Positions 36,629 to 40,551 of a stretch of 40,551 bases of DNA are shown here, piece after piece; position 1 is the first letter of the stretch; every line of letters begins with the position of its first letter. Source of the stretch: a virus (lineage: Duplodnaviria > Caudoviricetes); the IMG/VR virus record IMGVR_UViG_3300033562_000804, positions 1 to 40,551 of that record. One strand, written 5' to 3'. The notes under the pieces were generated by a model, which worked only from the letters and a program-made list of their open reading frames with translations, searched no databases and had not been told where the DNA came from. The translations under genes and the position numbers were made by a program.

Positions 36629-36814
36629 ATGCTTGAAAGGTTATCAGCTCTAGTTATGGAACAAAATTGTTTAAAAAGAAGATTAGGAATGTCTTTTGAT
36701 AATAATGAAAGAAATTTATTATTTGCAAAATTAACAGTAATTGAAAAAGAAATTAAAGATTTGAAATTTAAAATAAGATTACAAAAGGAGATTAAAAATG
36801 AAAAATCAAGGTAA
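36629..36814 (+). CDS. Hypothetical protein
   Basis: AAGGTAGGGA RBS. Confidence 0.7.
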   Translation: MLERLSALVMEQNCLKRRLGMSFDNNERNLLFAKLTVIEKEIKDLKFKIRLQKEIKNEKSR

Positions 36815-37289
36815 AAGGTTTGAAGAAAATTTTAAAAAGTCTTTAGTTATAGATGATGAGATACTTTATTATCGTTTTCGAGATAATACTAGCAGCTGGG
36901 AAAAAGGATCTATGACTAGATTTCAACAAACTAATATTTGTGATTGTATGATATTCAACGGTATTAAGTTGTTTTTTATAGAATTGAAATCTCACAAAGG
37001 AAAATCAATACCAACTTCTTGTATAAGAGATAATCAATTAAAAGATATGTTGGCTTTTTCTCTTAAAAAGAATGTAAAATGTCTTTTAATTATCAATTTT
37101 AGTGATGTTGAGAGGTGTTTTTCTCTTGATATTGAGGATTATGAGGCTTTCTTAGAGGTTGAAGAAAGAAAATCAATACCAATATCTTATTTGGAATCTC
37201 ATGGCATTGAAATTGAAGTTAAAAAATTAAATGTTAATTATAGATATGGTATAAATGATCTATTAGATATTTACACAAATGAAAACTAG
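36798..37289 (+). CDS. recU: Holliday junction resolvase RecU-like
   Basis: NQGKRFE, CDC...FFIELKSHKGKSIP...IRDNQL, RKSIP. Confidence 0.85.
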   Translation: MKNQGKRFEENFKKSLVIDDEILYYRFRDNTSSWEKGSMTRFQQTNICDCMIFNGIKLFFIELKSHKGKSIPTSCIRDNQLKDMLAFSLKKNVKCLLIINFSDVERCFSLDIEDYEAFLEVEERKSIPISYLESHGIEIEVKKLNVNYRYGINDLLDIYTNEN

Positions 37290-37290
37290 A

Positions 37291-37587
37291 CTAATCATCT
37301 AGTTTTTTAAACATATTTTCTTTTTTTAAACGTAAATCTATGTATGTTATATTAACAATCTCAAAAAGTTCATCATCATTTTCTTCTAAATTTATAATAT
37401 AATCCCAAAATACACTCTTTATCTTATATTTACAGATGCAAAGCTGATAGAAAAAATAAAGTTTATATAACTCCTTACATTCTATGCTCATCTTCTTAAA
37501 CTCGGATTTAATAAATCCTTTTTTTATGTATAGATCATCTATTCCTTCAAATCTAATACCATTTATTTTCTGTAAATACTCATTCAT
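37291..37587 (-). CDS. Hypothetical protein
   Basis: AGGGA RBS; 98 aa. Confidence 0.6.
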   Translation of the reverse strand: MNEYLQKINGIRFEGIDDLYIKKGFIKSEFKKMSIECKELYKLYFFYQLCICKYKIKSVFWDYIINLEENDDELFEIVNITYIDLRLKKENMFKKLDD

Positions 37588-37661
37588 AATTTTTCCCTAT
37601 TATCCTTTACTTTATTTAAGTATATCACACTATTTAATTATTGTAAAGTATGAAAAAAAGA

Positions 37662-38615
37662 TTATTTTTTCATAATCTTTTGTTTTGATTTTGGTTTTGT
37701 GTCGTATATCGGTACTAACTCTGGTACTATAGATATTACATTTCCTTCTTTATCTAGTTTTACTTCTACTACCCACATACCTATATCATTCCCTAATCCT
37801 AGACTCTTTCCAAATGGTGTATCATTTTGTACACTTGGAACACTAAATGCGTGTATATTCCTATAAAACATATAAAATGCTTTATGAAAATGTCCTTGAG
37901 CAAGTATATGAGGTTTATCTCCACCACGCATAGAATCTATAAACTTCTGAAGCTTATAACTTCTAGCATATGAACTGCCACCACCTGGATGCTGAATATG
38001 AATTTTACAATTATTAACTATTATTTCTGCATAATCTGCTCCAAGATAGGTTAAATCTTCTCTACCTCTAGCTATTATTTTACCTATATCTCCACCACCA
38101 TTTTTTATATGTGTGTGATCATGGTTACCTGTAATAAAGTAAGTTTTAATTCCTTCTCTTTTTGGATAGTTATTTATAACATATTCTGCTTGTTCTTCTG
38201 TTCCGTATGCTTTTAGACTGTAGATATGCTCTGGTCTATTTTTATAAAATCCATCACTTATATCCCCTGTATGATAAACTGTTTTTATTTTTCTTTTTTC
38301 AAGTTCATCATATAGAGATTCTAATACTTCTGGTAAGTCATATTTACTAGCTAAATGTGTATCTCCTAAAAAAGCAAATCTGTGCTTTTTTAATTTACTA
38401 TCATATATCTCAAATTTATTTTCTTTTTGGATTACTTTAGTAGATAAGTTTTTAATCATTATATTGCCATTTTGCGAATATGTTTCAATGGTATGACCTT
38501 CAAGTCGTAATCTTTCAATAAGTCCTAAAACTTCATTTTCTGTTACTTCTAATTTTTCACAAAGATAATGTAGTTCCCTTTCTTTAGATAAAAATTGTAA
38601 TATTCTATCGTACAT
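37662..38615 (-). CDS. Calcineurin-like metallophosphoesterase with an N-terminal HTH
   Basis: GDTH, HTGDISDG, GNHD, QHPGGG, GHFH motifs; start at about 38615 after AAGGAGTG. Confidence 0.9.
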   Translation of the reverse strand: MYDRILQFLSKERELHYLCEKLEVTENEVLGLIERLRLEGHTIETYSQNGNIMIKNLSTKVIQKENKFEIYDSKLKKHRFAFLGDTHLASKYDLPEVLESLYDELEKRKIKTVYHTGDISDGFYKNRPEHIYSLKAYGTEEQAEYVINNYPKREGIKTYFITGNHDHTHIKNGGGDIGKIIARGREDLTYLGADYAEIIVNNCKIHIQHPGGGSSYARSYKLQKFIDSMRGGDKPHILAQGHFHKAFYMFYRNIHAFSVPSVQNDTPFGKSLGLGNDIGMWVVEVKLDKEGNVISIVPELVPIYDTKPKSKQKIMKK

Positions 38616-38677
38616 CAATTTCCACTCCTTAAGTATTTTATTACCATTCAATTATATCATGAAATAATTTAAAACAC

Positions 38678-38702
38678 AAAAAAACTACTATAAAAGTAGT
38701 TT
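38678..38702 (-). terminator. Intrinsic terminator
   Basis: AAACTACT-tttat-AGTAGTTT followed by a T-run on the minus strand. Confidence 0.75.
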
Positions 38703-39041
38703 CTGATTTACGGGGGAAGAAATATACAAACAATTCGGCTGATATGTCCATCGCTTTCACTTCACATTGCTAATTATTCAGTTTATACATTGCTTTGGAT
38801 TAAATAATAAGAGTTACCCGTTCTTAATTATCGGCGCAATGTATGTTTTTGTTGCCAACAATCTCTTTCAAATAGCCAATCATACATAATGCTATTTTAA
38901 TTATTTAATCCAAAGCAAGATACAAAATATCTTACTCGCTTTCTTTATTTAATATTCCCTTGCCATATGAACCTATCTTGTTTGAAGCAAGGAACAATTC
39001 CTCGCATTTTAATTGAAAGAAAGGGTCGTATTACTACGACT
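38678..39041 (-). ncRNA. Putative structured non-coding RNA of about 360 nt
   Basis: Consensus promoter upstream, terminator downstream, no listed ORF, several hairpins, a 19-bp perfect long-range stem and a pseudoknot. Confidence 0.7.
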
Positions 39042-39046
39042 ATTTA

Positions 39047-39075
39047 ATTATAACAAATCTATTTTTCTTTGTCAA
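39047..39075 (-). promoter_or_regulatory. Consensus sigma-A promoter for the ncRNA
   Basis: TTGACA-17 bp-TATAAT with extended TG. Confidence 0.85.
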
Positions 39076-39083
39076 CTATATAT

Positions 39084-39584
39084 TTACCAACTTTCAATGG
39101 TGTTGTTTTTCCAGTTATAGCATCTCTTAGTTTTTTCCTTACTTTTCTTTTTGACATAGTTCCCATTATTACTACTCCTTCTATACTGCATTATTCTATC
39201 TTTAGATAAGAACTCCTCATATCCCATATCAAACACAGCATCTGTCATCTCTTTATGAATCTCTAAACGCATCTCTTGTATAACCTTTAGCGCAATAAAT
39301 TCTTCACAAGACATATTTGGTTTTAAATAAGACTTATATTCTCTTATGTAGTCCTTTAATCTATTATCCCAAGCTCTACTGCTCTCACTAAGTATATGGT
39401 TAGCACTATGTTCTAATCTACATGCTACTGCTCCATTAAACTCACTAGCGTGTCCGCCATCTCTTTTTAATACAAAACAATGATGAAATGTCAATGGATT
39501 TAGGTTTGTAATAATACCTCCATACATACATATCGTTCCATACTTAGTTTCTAAAATAATAAGTCCCTTCTTATTATCTGTCAT
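39084..39584 (-). CDS. HNH-family endonuclease-like protein
   Basis: LTFHHCFVLKRDGGHASEFNGAVACRLEHSANH. Confidence 0.7.
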   Translation of the reverse strand: MTDNKKGLIILETKYGTICMYGGIITNLNPLTFHHCFVLKRDGGHASEFNGAVACRLEHSANHILSESSRAWDNRLKDYIREYKSYLKPNMSCEEFIALKVIQEMRLEIHKEMTDAVFDMGYEEFLSKDRIMQYRRSSNNGNYVKKKSKEKTKRCYNWKNNTIESW

Positions 39585-39609
39585 TCTTTCTCCCTTTTCT
39601 ATTTACTAA

Positions 39610-39638
39610 AGTTTACTAAATTTATCACCTTTTGTCAA
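39610..39638 (-). promoter_or_regulatory. Putative promoter for the HNH gene
   Basis: TTGACA-17 bp-TAAACT. Confidence 0.55.
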
Positions 39639-39775
39639 ATTGATCAATAGGTTTAAAATACCAAAAACAACCATGCATTGTTTTAGATTTTCCTATACAA
39701 CATTTTTTTATTTCTAACTTCTCCTGTATTAGATATTTCATAATTACTATTTTTGTATTATTTCCATTCTATCAT
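39625..39775 (-). pseudogene. Collapsed NUMOD4-HNH-NUMOD1 endonuclease remnant
   Basis: AAGGAG RBS; MIEWK*YKNSNYEISNTGEVRNKK, then in another frame KCCIGKSKTMHGCFWYF; the HNH core is missing. Confidence 0.78.
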
Positions 39776-40422
39776 AATTATCTCCTTTAACTAACATTAG
39801 CATAAGGGGTATAAATATGTCAACTTTAAAATTTATTTGAAATTGTATGAGATGGTAATTAGGCGGTATTGGAGATTATATAAGGGGGTCAGGTACCCTT
39901 TAATAAGGCTTTAATGTTCATTAATGTATAATAGTAAACATTGATAAACAATAGCACAAGATACAACAAAAGATACAATTATTATATTATTTTTTAAAAT
40001 GTTTATGGTAAAAACATATAATCAAATTACATATGACACCCTGTCATGTCTAATATATATAATATATACATTTAGGATACATATATAAATAAGTATATAT
40101 TATATAGTATATATGTATGTATATATAATGGGCATATAAGAGGTGGTTGTATAAGATAATAGGATAGTATTAAATAGGATGCTTTTAATTGATATATAGC
40201 ATGTATATAGGCATTTAATAGGTAATAGATTAATTGATAAGTATTTAAGTATAAGATAACTATAATCAATAAATCTTAGTTTCATGATATATGCTACCAG
40301 AAGCAGTGATATCTAGCGTATATATATAGTGTTTACACTTTATAAAAAGGCTTGTAAAATAAGGCTAAAATAAGTGTTTAAAATAAAAGTTGTAAAATAT
40401 TGATTATTTATATATAAAAGTA

Positions 40423-40451
40423 TTGCATTATATATTTAGATATGGTAATAT
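40423..40451 (+). promoter_or_regulatory. Putative early promoter
   Basis: TTGCAT-17 bp-TAATAT with TG. Confidence 0.55.
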
Positions 40452-40476
40452 ATATTTAGAAAGAAGGAATTAAAAA

Positions 40477-40551
40477 ATGATAAATTGGGAAGAAAACAAA
40501 AAACAGGTACAAGATTTAAGAGTTAAAAGATTAAAAGAGTTAAAAAGACAA
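40477..40551 (+). CDS. Hypothetical protein, 3'-truncated by the window edge
   Basis: AGAAGGA RBS; MINWEENKKQVQDLRVKRLKELKRQ is open to the end. Confidence 0.6.
   Translation, partial: MINWEENKKQVQDLRVKRLKELKRQ

Noticed and set aside
2920-37675. Many opposite-strand ORFs in the track (e.g. 2920..3237, 6049..6324, 14317..14541, 23918..25141, 35856..36222)
   Set aside because: They overlap well-supported genes on the other strand and lack RBS or motifs.
38790-38918. CRISPR repeat/anti-repeat or transposon terminal inverted repeats
   Set aside because: Only one inverted pair, no cas or transposase gene and no clear target duplication; an RNA stem explains it better.
40072-40285. Two Tyr/Ile-rich minus-strand ORFs
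   Set aside because: Products of TA-rich low-complexity sequence with no RBS.
40477-40551. Circular join of the last ORF to the pentapeptide gene at base 1
   Set aside because: Joining the ends gives an immediate stop (CAA AAT TAA) and I saw no terminal overlap, so some sequence is missing.

Overview
AT-rich, near-complete genome of a tailed (siphovirus-like) phage, probably of a low-GC Bacillota host (inferred from the sigma-A promoters, the AGAAAGG/GGAGG ribosome-binding sites, RecU, the XlyA-type amidase and the SPP1-type portal). It uses standard code 11, and both window ends fall inside genes. The + strand (1-13133) carries early genes: pentapeptide-repeat protein, macrodomain, LexA-like and HTH regulators, replication initiator with internal repeats, helicase-loader inhibitor, SMC/Rad50-like ATPase, RecT, MBL-fold nuclease, SSB-like protein, tyrosine recombinase and many small ORFs. 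The - strand (36542-13167) carries TerS, TerL, portal, tRNA-Thr, scaffold, capsid, head-tail and tail genes, receptor-binding proteins and lysis genes. RecU, a metallophosphoesterase, an HNH protein and a long non-coding region lie at the right end. Most notable: (1) an agr-like three-gene cassette inside the lysis module, made of a polytopic membrane protein, an unannotated 24-aa peptide (MSLFWFP...) and an AgrB-like protein; (2) an MBL nuclease whose HxHxDH motif is interrupted by CTT-TGA-CTA, a candidate stop-hop; (3) a promoter- and terminator-bounded structured non-coding RNA of about 360 nt with a pistol-ribozyme-like core; (4) an 833-nt group I intron with an HNH homing endonuclease that splits the tape measure gene. 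All protein calls come from motif recognition by eye; no database searches were run.
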